Of a stretch of DNA of 64,000 bases, positions 34,701 to 46,700 are shown in pieces. Both the position numbers and the translations under genes were made by a program. Position 1 is the first letter of the stretch, and each line of letters opens with the position of its first letter. Under the pieces are notes generated by a model that ran no database searches, was not told the DNA's origin, and saw nothing but the letters and a program-made list of their open reading frames with translations. The stretch comes from Macrostomum lignano (taxonomy: Eukaryota), in the NCBI GenBank assembly GCA_002269645.1, contig NIVC01000513.1, positions 248,001-312,000 of the forward strand, given 5' to 3'.

Positions 34701-37700
34701 TTTGAGAATCAGGGATTTGAGGATCAGGGATGTGAGGATTGGGGATTTGAGAATCAGGGATCTGAGGATTAGAGATTTGAGGATCAGGGATTTGAGAATG
34801 AGGGATTTGAGAATCAGGGATTTGAGGTTTAGGGATGTGAGGATTGGGGATTTAAGAATCAGGGATCTGAGGATTAGGGATTTGAGGATCGAGGATCTGA
34901 GGATTAGAGATTTGAGAATCAGGGATTTGAGAATGAGGGATTTGAGGATCAGAGATTTGAGGATCCCGGATTTGAGGATCAGAGATTTGAAGATCAGAGA
35001 TTTGAGGATCAGAGATTTGAGGATCAGGGATTTAAGGATCAGAGATTTAATGATCAGGTATTTGAGGATCAGAGATTTGAGGATCAGGGATTTGAGGATT
35101 GGAGATTTGAGGATCAGGGATTTAAGGATCAGAGATTTAATGATCAGGTATTTGAGGATCAGAGATTTGAGGATCAGAGATTTGAGAATGAGGGATTTGA
35201 GGATCAGAGATTTGAGGACCCCGGATTTGAGGATCAGAGATTTGAGGATCAGGGATCTGAGGATCAGGGATTTAAGAATCAGGGATTTTAAGATCACAGA
35301 TTTAATGATCAGGGACTTGAGGATCGGAGATTTAAGGATCAGAGATTTGAGGATCAGAGATTTGATGATCAGGAATGTGAGGAACAGGGATTTGAGTATC
35401 AGGGATCTGAGGATTAGGGATTTGAGGATCGGGGATCTGAGGATTAGAGATTTGAGGATCAGGGATCTGAGGATCCCGGATTTGAGGATCAGGGATTTTA
35501 AGATCACAGATTTAATGATCAGGGACTTGAGGATCGGAGATTTAAGGATCAGAGATTTGAGGATCAGAGGTTTAAGAATCAGGGATTTTAAGATCACAGA
35601 TTTAATGATCAGGGACTTGAGGATCGGAGATTTAAGGATCAGAGATTTGAGGATCAGAGATTTAAGAATCAGGGATTTGAGGATCAGAGATTTAAGAATC
35701 AGGGATTTTAAGATCACAGATTCAATGATCAGGGACTTGAGGATCGGAGATTTAAGGATCAGAGATTTGAGGATCAGGGATTTGAGAATCAGAGATTTGA
35801 GGATCAGAGATTTGAGGATCAGAGATTTGAGGATCAGGGATCTGAGGATTAGAGATTTGAGGATCAGGGATCTGAGGATTAGAGATTTGAGGATCAGGGA
35901 TCTGAGGATTAGAGATTTGAGGATCAGAGATTTGAGGATCAGAGATTTAAGAATCAGGGATTTGAAGATCACAGATTTAATGATCAGGGATTTAAGGATC
36001 AGAGATTTAAGGATCAGAGATTTGAGGATCAGAGATTTGAGGATCAGGGATTTGAGGATCTGGGATTTTGGGATCAGGGATTTGAGGATCAGCAATTTGA
36101 GGATCAGCGCTTCATCATTCGTGAACCGTAAATAAGAGCAAAGCTACTTGAGCCAATCAGGCCGGCACTCACTGTCCAAACACGGGGTTCAGAGTATTCG
36201 GGATGTACTTGTCCTTGCTGTCCATCTTTCGCTTGCCCAGTTCGATTTCAACGTACGGATCGGCCAGCCCGCTCGGGTCGTTAGGCTGCAGATCGAAGGA
36301 CTTGATGACGTACAGGCGGACGGTGCAGTCCACCGGGCTCGAGTCCATCCTGCCTTTGCCCAGCTGCCGCAGCGGCATGGGGGCGCCGAAGTCGTCCGGC
36401 AGCGGGTAGATCCTGAACGAGCCTTTGAACTCGCCGACGATGTTGCCCTCCTCGTCGTCAAGATTTTTGCCCCGCACGAAGCCGAAGGTGTCGCAGAAGT
36501 CGTTGAAATCGTGGAACGACTCGGCGCTCTCCAACGAGGTCGTGTACACCTTCATGGTGTCGTAGCCCATGTCCACGTACTTGCGGCACTTGCTGAGGTC
36601 TCCTGTGGAGGCGTAGTACTTCGACCACCAGTCGATGTCTTCGTCTACTTGGGAGAGGTCGATCTAAAACAACAAAAGATGCTGAGTGACTGAGCCTCAG
36701 TGAATCTGGGATGCTGAGTGACTCTGAGAGACTCAGTGAATCTGGGATGCTGAGTGACTAAGGGACTCAGTGAATCTGGGATGCTGAGTGACTGAGCCTC
36801 AGTGAATCTGGGATGCTGAGTGACTGAGAGACTCAGTGAAACTGGAATGCTGAGTGACTGATAGACTCAGTGAATCTGGGATGCTGAGTGACTGAGCCTC
36901 AGTGAATCTGGGATGCTGAGTGACTCTGAAAGACTCAGTGAATCTGGGATGCTGAGTGACTAAGGGACTCAGTGAATCTGGGATGCTGAGTGACTGAGCC
37001 TCAGTGAATCTGGGATGCTGAGTGACTCTGAGAGACTCAGTGAATCTGGGATGCTGAGTGACTGACTGACTGACTCAGTGAATCTGGGATGCTGAGTGAC
37101 TCTGAGAGACTCAGTGAATCTGGGATGCTGAGTGACTGACTGACTGACTCAGTGAATCTGGGATGCTGAGTGACTCTGAGAGACTCAGTGAATCTGGGAT
37201 GCTGAGTGACTGACTGACTGACTCAGTGAATCTGGGATGCTGAGTGACTCTGAGAGACTCAGTGAATCTGGGATGCTGAGTGACTGACTGACTGACTCAG
37301 TGAATCTGGGATGCTGAGTGACTCTGAGAGACTCAGTGAATCTGGGATGCTGAGTGACTCAGTAGAATCTGAGACATTGCAGAATGTTTTAGAAATATGT
37401 TTAAGAAATTTAAAATAAAAATCAGTACATACAATTGCACAACAGTCAAAGACATTACAACACAAATTACACATGAAGTACACTTAAGCCTGACAGTGAA
37501 CAAGCACCATCCCATTCCAAGCTTGAATCCCTGTTAGTAACTAACTTACCAAACTCAACTCAATGCCCAATTTATGAGTTCAACTAGTACGTATTTGCAG
37601 TGAATTGTTTTCTGATAAAACAAAATAATTGATAGCCAGCCAACAGGACAAGAGAAATATTCTGGAGATGTTAACTGATGTGCAACTGATTTTTGATAAA

Positions 37701-40700
37701 TATATTTTTGTAGTTATTTTAAAAGTTTCTAATAATTATTTAAGCTGATAAAAAGGAAGAAGTGCAAGGAAAATTTTATTGAAATCTACGTGTACTAATA
37801 GAGGAAAAAAGCAAAACTATGAGTAGCTAAAACAGTAGAGATAGATACTGAGCAAGGAAATATATAATTAAAATACATTTTACCTAAGAATAAACTATAT
37901 AAAATGTATTTATGTCAGAGTTTGGCTCATCAGTTCTTTTTAGGTTTCTTGGCGGCTTCTTGGCGGCCGGATTTAGCCGGCGACGGTCGCTTTCTCTGCT
38001 CGCGTGAAGAACCTGCTGACGGTTGCTGTTCTTGCGGACTACCTCGAAATATTTCCGGGAAATTCTTCTCGGCTCTTTCTGGTAAAGATTTGTTGAGAAA
38101 TATTTTGTTCTTATCGTGCGTCGGTCCGTACTCGTGCGTGCGTCGGTAAATCTCCATGCACACGTAGGTGCTGCCGTCCCTCAGTTGCACAGGTCTGAGA
38201 AGCATCCGGTAACTTCTGCTTAGATTTACAGAATAGTAGTCCTGATCCCCACAGGGAACCAGATTCAGATTCAGTGTGTCTTGTAGTTTTGCCATTATTT
38301 CAGCAAAGTGAGCACTTGGCTCCTGCGCATAAATATAGTTAACGATTTCATCTACAGTGACTTGCGTAGTATGGGTGCCCCCGAATGGTGGGTCTCGCCA
38401 ACCCTGGTCTTTTATAAATCCACACCGCATTTTGAGTCGGTGTCGCACCTGTCAGTGAATAGCAAAGTAGGACTGAGTCAGACTCATGGCGTACTAGCAA
38501 TCAATGCCCTCCTTTCTTGGAGGCAACACAAAATCGACAATTTTTTTAATTAACTACATGTAGCTTCTGGCCTTGTACAGTCGCTATAGCTAGTAATTAC
38601 AATGGGGGTCGCCATGGTAAACCCGAAAAAATTACAGCTCCGAAAGCACTTCCTATCATAAATCCGAAATATCATAAACCCGAAATATCATAAACCCGAA
38701 ATATCATAACTCTGAAATTACTAGCAGGGCCCATCATAAATCCGAAATATCATAAACCCGAAATATCATAAACACGAAATATCATAAACACGAAATATCA
38801 TAACTCCGAAATATCATAAATCCGAAATATCATAAACCCGAAATATCATAAACACGAAATATCATAACTCCGAAAACCAAAATAGTGTTGGACATGGCTA
38901 GAACTTTTGGAGTTATGATATTTCGGAGTTATGACATTTCGCAGTTATGATGGCAATTCCCCATAAGTCTTGATATCTCAGCATTTTTCCAAATGAACCT
39001 TTAAATCATAGCAATTAATCACTGGAAAATTTCTGATCAAACGGTGCAAGTTTCGTGATAATCTTTTTTATGACATCAATCCCATAAATACCCACGAGTA
39101 CCTACCTATAGAGACAAACCATTTTAGTATAGTGAATAATGTCTTCATCCTTGTCCTTGCATCTCATACCCGCTTTCAATATTCCTCAATATACTCTTAA
39201 AGTGTTTTACACCACGAATTCTCATACCTAACTATGCTCAGTGGTCAGTATGGTGTATAAGAAATGCACAGCAAAAAATGTATTCAATTAATGCTAATCT
39301 CTACATATAAAAATAAAAACTCTTCTATATGCAAGGGTTCGGCAAACTCATGTGCCCGCGAAGCCTCTCTATCCGCCGTATCCGCCCCTCGGGTCTTTTG
39401 AAACTTCACAATAGCAATCTTCTCAGCTCTCAGCTCTCTTCTCTCTTTGAGGCAGCGCTGAGCCTCGCACATCGCTTACTCTGGTTGACTGCACTGTCAA
39501 TGACTGTACGCTTGTTACGAATCATCAACACTTAGCCTTATTCTCGCACCAATACTCGCGCACCAGCGCTTATTGACTTTCGTATCGTCAATTGCTCAAA
39601 ATAGACTTTGTGTGCGCAACAACAATGTACAGTTTAAAAAAAAACCATGAACTAAGCGTATTGTCGAACATAAAAGATTGATTGAGGAATCGCTAAAATA
39701 TTAAGACTCAATGGGAAATATCTGGGATATCAAGGTTCAGGGGGGGATGTCTATACTAGTGTGACTCTTAGGGAGAATTGCGTCAAGGCTTACGGGGGGA
39801 TTGCTGAGATGTCAAGGCTAACGGGGGGATTGCTGAGATGTCAAGGCTAACGGGGGATTGCTGAGATGTCAAGGCTAACGGGGGATTGCTGAGATGTCAA
39901 GGCTAACGGGGAGATTGCTGAGATGTCAAGGCTAACGGGGGGATTGCTGAGATGTCAAGGCTCACGGGGGGATTGCTGAGATGTCAAGGATTACGGGGGG
40001 ATTGCTGAGATGGCAAGGATTACGGGGGGATTGCTGAGATGTCAAGGCTAACGGGGGGATTGCTGAGATGTCAAGGCTCACGGGGGGATTGCTGAGATGT
40101 CAAGGCTTACGGGGGGATTGCTGAGATGTCAAGGCTAACGGGGAATTGCTGAGATGTCAAGGATTACGGGGGGATTGCTGAGATGTCAAGGCTAACGGGG
40201 GATTGCTGAGATGTCAAGGATTACGGGGGATTGCTGAGATGTCAAGGCTAACGGGGGGATTGTTGAGATGTCAAGGCTAACGGGGGATTGCTGAGATGTC
40301 AAGGCTAACGGGGGATTGCTGAGATGTCAAGGCTAACGGGGGATTGCTGAGATGTCAAGGCTAACGGGGGATTGCTGAGATGTCAAGGCTTACGGGGGGA
40401 TTGCTGAGATGTCAAGGCTCACGGGGGGATTGCTGAGATGTCAAGGATTACGGGGGATTGCTGAGATGTCAAGGCTAACGGGGGATTGCTGAGATGTCAA
40501 GGATTACGGGGGGATTGCTGAGATGTCAAGGCTAACGGGGGGATTGTTGAGATGTCAAGGCTAACGGGGGGATTGCTGAGATGTCAAGGCTAACGGGGGG
40601 ATTGCTGAGATGTCAAGGCTAACGGGGGGATTGCTGAGATGTCAAGGCTAACGGGGGGATTGCTGAGATGTCAAGGCTTACGGGGGGATTGTTGAGATGT

Positions 40701-43700
40701 CAAGGCTGGGTTGCTGAGATGTCAAAGCTCACGTGGGATGCTGATATCTGAGGCAAGGTAGCTGGATTCAGGACTGACGCATTTTGCTTTGAACTTCATA
40801 ATACTAGCGATAGCGACTGCACAAGATCAAAAGCTACATGTAGTTTATTATCAAGCACTTTAGTTCCTTTTCTGTTGCCTCCCAAACGGGATGGGGCGCT
40901 GATTGGTAGTAACAACCTAATAACTTAATTAGAATAATACTCATACAATTACAGTACTTTATGATGCAGTTGCTTTGTTTTTAGATTATATTAATTAATT
41001 TAGTAATTCGATACATTAGAAAATATTGAATAAATGATTTACTTACCCTAACGGTGTGTGTGTCCGTTGATGTTGCAGAAGAATGAAGAAGCAAAAATCT
41101 CTTCTGCAGGTAGGGCTTAATAGAAAGGCTGCTAGTTAAAGTATCAAACTAGAAAAGAATGTCTCAAAGCTCTATTTCGCTCAAAAATCTTTATGAATGA
41201 CTGAGACGACCTCTGCTTCTGCATTCCGCTCATTGGCTCCCATGGAAACCGCCTAGAACTTGAAGGGTATGGGAAAGTCTAACCATTGCACAGGCCAGGG
41301 ACTCCTAAAAATAGCATCACTAGAGATCTCTGGAAGTCCCTGCCCCGGCTCTGTTCGCGGGCACACGGATTTCGCTAAAATAATTTACATTAAGGACCAC
41401 CCAAAAGCCATTTTTCTTGTCTGGTTCAGAAGGCCAATGATAGAAGTCTGCCGCATCTAATTAAATCCCATCTAAAGAATGTACATGGGATTTTATTCAA
41501 CGCTATCAAGCTTGTTCCCAACAACAAGACATAAAATTAATATAAATGTACACTGAATACTTTCTGACGATTGAATACTGCTTGAAGTTGACTGCTGTAA
41601 ACTTTGCTGTCACTGTGACGAATGTCTCTCACTCACAGTCACAACATCAGTTTGGAAACCAGCATTTTTCATTTCAATAAATAGGCCATGCACAAAAACA
41701 TGACAACAAAGGCTAACAACGAGTTAACAAACATGCGATAAAAAGAAATCTGCTATATGAATTACAGGTCGATCGTTGGCAGGTGTGGCAGACAGACTCA
41801 TTGCGGAGCCTTCGGCAAGGTTCGAAGCAGAGTCTGCGACTTGCTGGGTTGTCAAGAAATGCTAAACTATAAGATTGGTTATTCGTTTCCAATGCGAAAG
41901 CTTGCACGGCAGTATATAATTATTGTTCATTCTTGTATCTAAGCACAAATTTTTATCACATTCAACTAGATGCTCCTAATCACATCTAGACAACGTGAAC
42001 ACATCTAGACACACCTGGACAATCTAGACACACTTGGACATTTTCTAGACACACTTGGACATTATCTAGACACACTTGGACATTTTCTAGACACACTTGG
42101 ACATTTTCTAGACACACTTGGACATTATCTAGACACACTTGGACATTTTCTAGACACACTTGGACATTTTCTAGACACACTTGGACATTATCTAGACATA
42201 CCTGGGCACATTTAGACACACCTTGGATACACCTAGGCACACTTGGACACATCTATACATACCTGAACACAGCTAGACACACCTGGTCAGTGTAGTCACA
42301 TCTATACACACCTGGACACATCTAGACATACCTAGACACATCTAGACACACCTGGACAGATCTGGACACATCCAGATACAAATGGATACAACTAGACACA
42401 CCTTGGATACACCTAGGCACACCTGGACACAGCCAGACACACCTGGACACAGCCAGACACACCTGGACGCAGCTAGACACACCTGGGCACAGCCAGACAC
42501 AATTGGACACAGCCAGACACACCTGGACACAGCCAGACACACCTGGGCACAGCCAGACACACCTGGACACAGCCAGACACACCTGGGCACAGCCAGACAC
42601 ACTTGGACACAGATATACACAGCTAACTACACCCAAACGGATGTAGGCTCATGAATACTAGCAAATCCTGAAAATACAAGACAAAAAATTGGTTGAATTT
42701 TTAACAGACACAGCAGCAAGCAGTGAGCACACCAACTCCTACCTTCATCCGCATGTTCAGCACTGCTGTGTTGCCCCTAGGAGCAGAGCCGACTGGTCGC
42801 TGAGCAGAATGGGCGTTTAATAGAGCTGGAAAAGCGAAAATGGAAAAAAGGGGGTTACTCACTAGAATACTGGATGGGGCGTCACTGAAGGGGGTCAGCG
42901 GTCCCCCAAAAACGCTGAAGAGGGTCAGCGGCCTCCAAAAACACTGAAGGGGGTCAGCGGCCTCCAAAAACACGGAAGGGGTCAGCGGCCTCCAAAAACA
43001 CTGAAGGGGGTCAGCGGCCTCCAAAAACACTGAAGAGGGTCAGCGGCCTCCAAAAACACTGAAGGGGTCAGCGGCCTCCAAAAACACTGAAGGGGTCAGC
43101 GGCCTCCAAAAACACTGAAGGGGTCAGCGGCCTCCAAAAACACTGAAGGGGGTCAGCGGCCCCATAAAACACTGAAAGGGGTCAGCGGCCTCCAAAAACA
43201 CTGAAGGGGGTCAGCGGCCCCATAAAACACTGAAGGGGGTCAGCGGCCTCCAAAAACACTGAAGGGGGTCAGCGGCCCCATAAAACACTGAAGGGGGTCA
43301 GCGGCCTCTAAAAACACTGAAGAGGGTCAGCGGCCCCATAAAACACTGAAGGGGGTCAGCGGACTCCAAAAACACTGAAAGGGGTCAGCGGACTCCAAAA
43401 ACACTGAAAGGGGTCAGCGGACTCCAAAAACACTGAAGAGGGTCAGAGCCCCCCCCCCTCCCCAGAAACAGCTTACCTGGGAAGTTGGCAAACGCGTCGT
43501 ACTCCTCGTTAATCGGCTCAGTGCGGTAATCGTCCAAGCACTTGATCACGTGCAGCCCGACCATGGGCTTGCGTCCGAACTGGCGATGGTCCCGAATCCG
43601 GATGTTCATGGGCGGCAAATACAGCGTCTCCTTCGGCAGCATGACGTCCATGAACAGCAGAGTCTCTTGGAAGTTCGGATTTCTCTTAGTGTTGGCGATG

Positions 43701-46700
43701 ATGTCCGTGGTTGCCAAGTGGCCGCCAATCTCGAACTCGACGCTGGGAGAAGTGACGGACATCAGCTGGAAGGCCTGCATGTTGCGCACGCCCCAGGACA
43801 GGATCTCGATGCCCGTCCGTTGCAGCACTGGCTTCACGCCGTCTGGCACAACGAAAATGTCGGCGCCCCGTTTTGAAGGCGTCGGCGGCAGCGGCTCACC
43901 GGTGAGTAGGAAGAGCTCGAATGCCGCCAGCAGCTCGCCGCCCTCCTTGCTGCCTGGAGGTGAAGCATGGGTTGTACACCTGGTCTACTGGTACACCTGG
44001 TCAGCTGGTACACCTGGTTTACTGGTACACCTGGCCTACTGTTTACTGGTACACCTGGCCTACTGTTTACTGGTACACCTGCTCAGCTGGTACACCTGGT
44101 CAACTGGTACACCTGGTCAACTGGTACATCTGGTCAGCTGGTACATCTGGTCTACTGGTACACCTGGTCTAATGGTATACCTTGGTCTAATGGTACACCT
44201 GGTCCAATGGTACACCTGGTCCAATGGTACACCTGGTCCAATGGTACACCTGGTCTAATGGTACACCTGGTCCAATGGTACACCTGGTCTACTTAAAAAA
44301 AGCCCCTTTGTTTGGTCAATGCAAAACATAATCAATCGGAAACCACTCAAAATCAATTGATCCGCATTTAAATGAACAAAAAAGCAGAGTCGCAAATTTC
44401 ATTCCAACGCACCCTTAGTGATGGAGTGCCACTGCAGCACAGGCCTGCGCTTTTCCGTAGGGCTCAGCTTCACCATGGGCTGCACAACGGCCCGGCCAAG
44501 GAACTCGTCCTCGCCCAGCTGATCGTAGTCGAAAATCTCCACCACAACCGGGGGCGGATTGTCAGCCAGACTCTTCGGATCGCTGAACGCTTCGACGCTG
44601 TCAAAGATGAGAGTCTGGTCCCAGGTGGGGCACAGGGTCTTGTCAATCCGCTCGGTGACCCCCGACCGGGTGTGGAAGATCACCCTGGCGTAGGGGTCGG
44701 ACAGACCCGTCTGATCGCCGGCAAGCAGGTCGCGGGCCTGGAACACGTAGGCTCGGAGCTGCCAGCGGCGCGGCTCTGCGGAGGCATGGGCCGGGTTTGA
44801 CGGATGGAAGGTCCCGGGTTCGATTCACTTAGGGAATGGACAGTACGTGGGAGTCAGGGAACGGGTAATTAGTAAGTCATGAGTTCGATTCTGTCTAGGG
44901 AACAGGTAGAAGTGGAAGGTCCAGGGTTCGAGTCCGGCTAGGGAACGGATGGAAAGTCCCGGGTTCGAGTCCGGCTAAGGAACGGATGGAAGGTCCCGGG
45001 TTCGAGTCAGGCTAGGGAACGGATGGAAGGTCCAGGGTTCGAGTCTGGCTAGGGAACGGATGAAAGGTCCAGGGTTCGAGTCAGGCTAGGGAACGGATGG
45101 AAGGTCCAGGGTTCGAGTCTGGCTAGGGAACGGATGAAAGGTCCAGGGTTCGAGTCTGGCTAGGTAACGGATGGAAGGTCCAGGGTTCGAGTCCGGCTAG
45201 GGAACGGATGGAAAGTCCCGGGTTCGAGTCCGGCTAAGGAACGGATGGAAGGTCCAGGGTTCGAGTCCGGCTAGGTAACGGATGGAAGGTCCCGGGTTCG
45301 AGTCCGGCTAGGGAACGGTGGGAAGGTCTTAGGCATTACAGTAAGCATCAACTTATTAAAGCCTATAAAAAATGAAAACTCTGTCTGTCTGTTGTCTGTC
45401 TTTGTACAAATTACTTCACAATGGACTCTTAAACCGCTTAACCAAATGACACCAAATCAGGGAGTCGGGACTATGATGTAAACTTAAGCTCATAAGGTGG
45501 AGTCCTTAATTGTCCCTTTGCTTGTTCTCTCCCATCCCAGGTCCAATTTTTGTAATTTTTTTTGCTAAAACAGCTTTCTGGTGTCACTGTGAGCAGAATG
45601 ACGCATCAGTTGTGTACATAGGTTACCCGGGCTTCACTTTACGAGCTCAAGTTGACAGGCCCTTTTCGAGTCTCAAAGTTAATCCTAAACGGCGCTGTGC
45701 ACTTTTAAAGTTAGTCTCTTTTTTTCAACGAGGAAACCACATCCAACCTCCGCTTGCCAAAAGGTCAAATAGTCAAATAGGTCAAATAGGCCTACAATTG
45801 ACCAACTTTCGGCTGCCATACTAATAAGTTTGCTCCACGTGAAGCGATTGACTTTAAACTTGACACAATTCTTCATTGGCTCATTCTCTGCCTAAATGTA
45901 AATTCTCAATACTGTAGCTCAATCAGAACGGAAACTGTAAGTATGTGAAGTCTGTCTGCTTTTTCTGGTGTTTGTGCCGCTCACTCACTCATTCCTCCCC
46001 GCCCAGACCAAGGGTCAGGGGATAGGGGCTCAGTGTACATTAGCAATGTACATTACCTCAAGCAGTCAATTGGGCCCGATAAAGAATCCACTGCGGGCCA
46101 GAAGAGAGTGGTCAGGAGAGAGAACAGACGATTAGAAAAGAGAGGAGAAGTGAGTGAGAGTATGAGAGAAAAGATAGAAGATAAGAGGAGAGAAGAGGGG
46201 CGAGAGGAGGGGGAGAGAGGGGAGAGAAGAAATAGAGAAGAGACAAGAGAGGAGAGAGACAAAGAGAGACAAGGGGAAAGACAAGGCTTAGTTTAGGTGA
46301 AACTAAGCAACCGTACGGTCAGGGGATCCGCAGACCGAGTACCGAGTCCCACAACCCCTGGCCTTAACAATCATCAAACTCGATCACAACCTCCTCCGTC
46401 CGCCCGCAGTATAGTGTGCTCAGGGAGGGTCGCCATCAGAAACCCGAAATATCACAAACCCGAAATATCACAAACCCGAAATAGCACAAACCCGAAATAT
46501 CACAAACCCGAAATATCATAAACTCAAAATATCAGAAACCCGAAATATCACAAACCCGAAATATCACAAACCCGAAATATCAGAAACCCGAAATATCACA
46601 AACCCGAAATATCAGAAACCCGAAATATCATAAACCCGAAATATCACAAACCCGAAATATCGCAAACCCGAAATATCACAAACCCGAAATATCGCAAACC

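Larger units (their letters stand above)
38519..40882. mobile_element. Foldback-like element with about 80-bp imperfect terminal inverted repeats
   Basis: ggaggcaaca...aactacatgtagct...cagtcgctat.gctagt at 38519-38595 is mirrored at 40802-40882; shorter paralog at 21275-21672. Confidence 0.65.

Noticed and set aside
34680-36135. 471-477 aa ORFs (IRDLR / LILKS repeats)
   Set aside because: They are translations of a 15-bp intronic minisatellite whose length differs about sevenfold between paralogs.
44800-45325. tRNA gene cluster
   Set aside because: Only a T-arm/B-box half is repeated; there is no A-box, D-arm or acceptor-stem pairing.
45987-46030. Candidate 40-nt ferlin exon with a fitting phase
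   Set aside because: Poor acceptor, non-ferlin peptide, and it lies in a dispersed repeat also seen at 6330-6400. The exon at 48331-48373 fills the gap properly.
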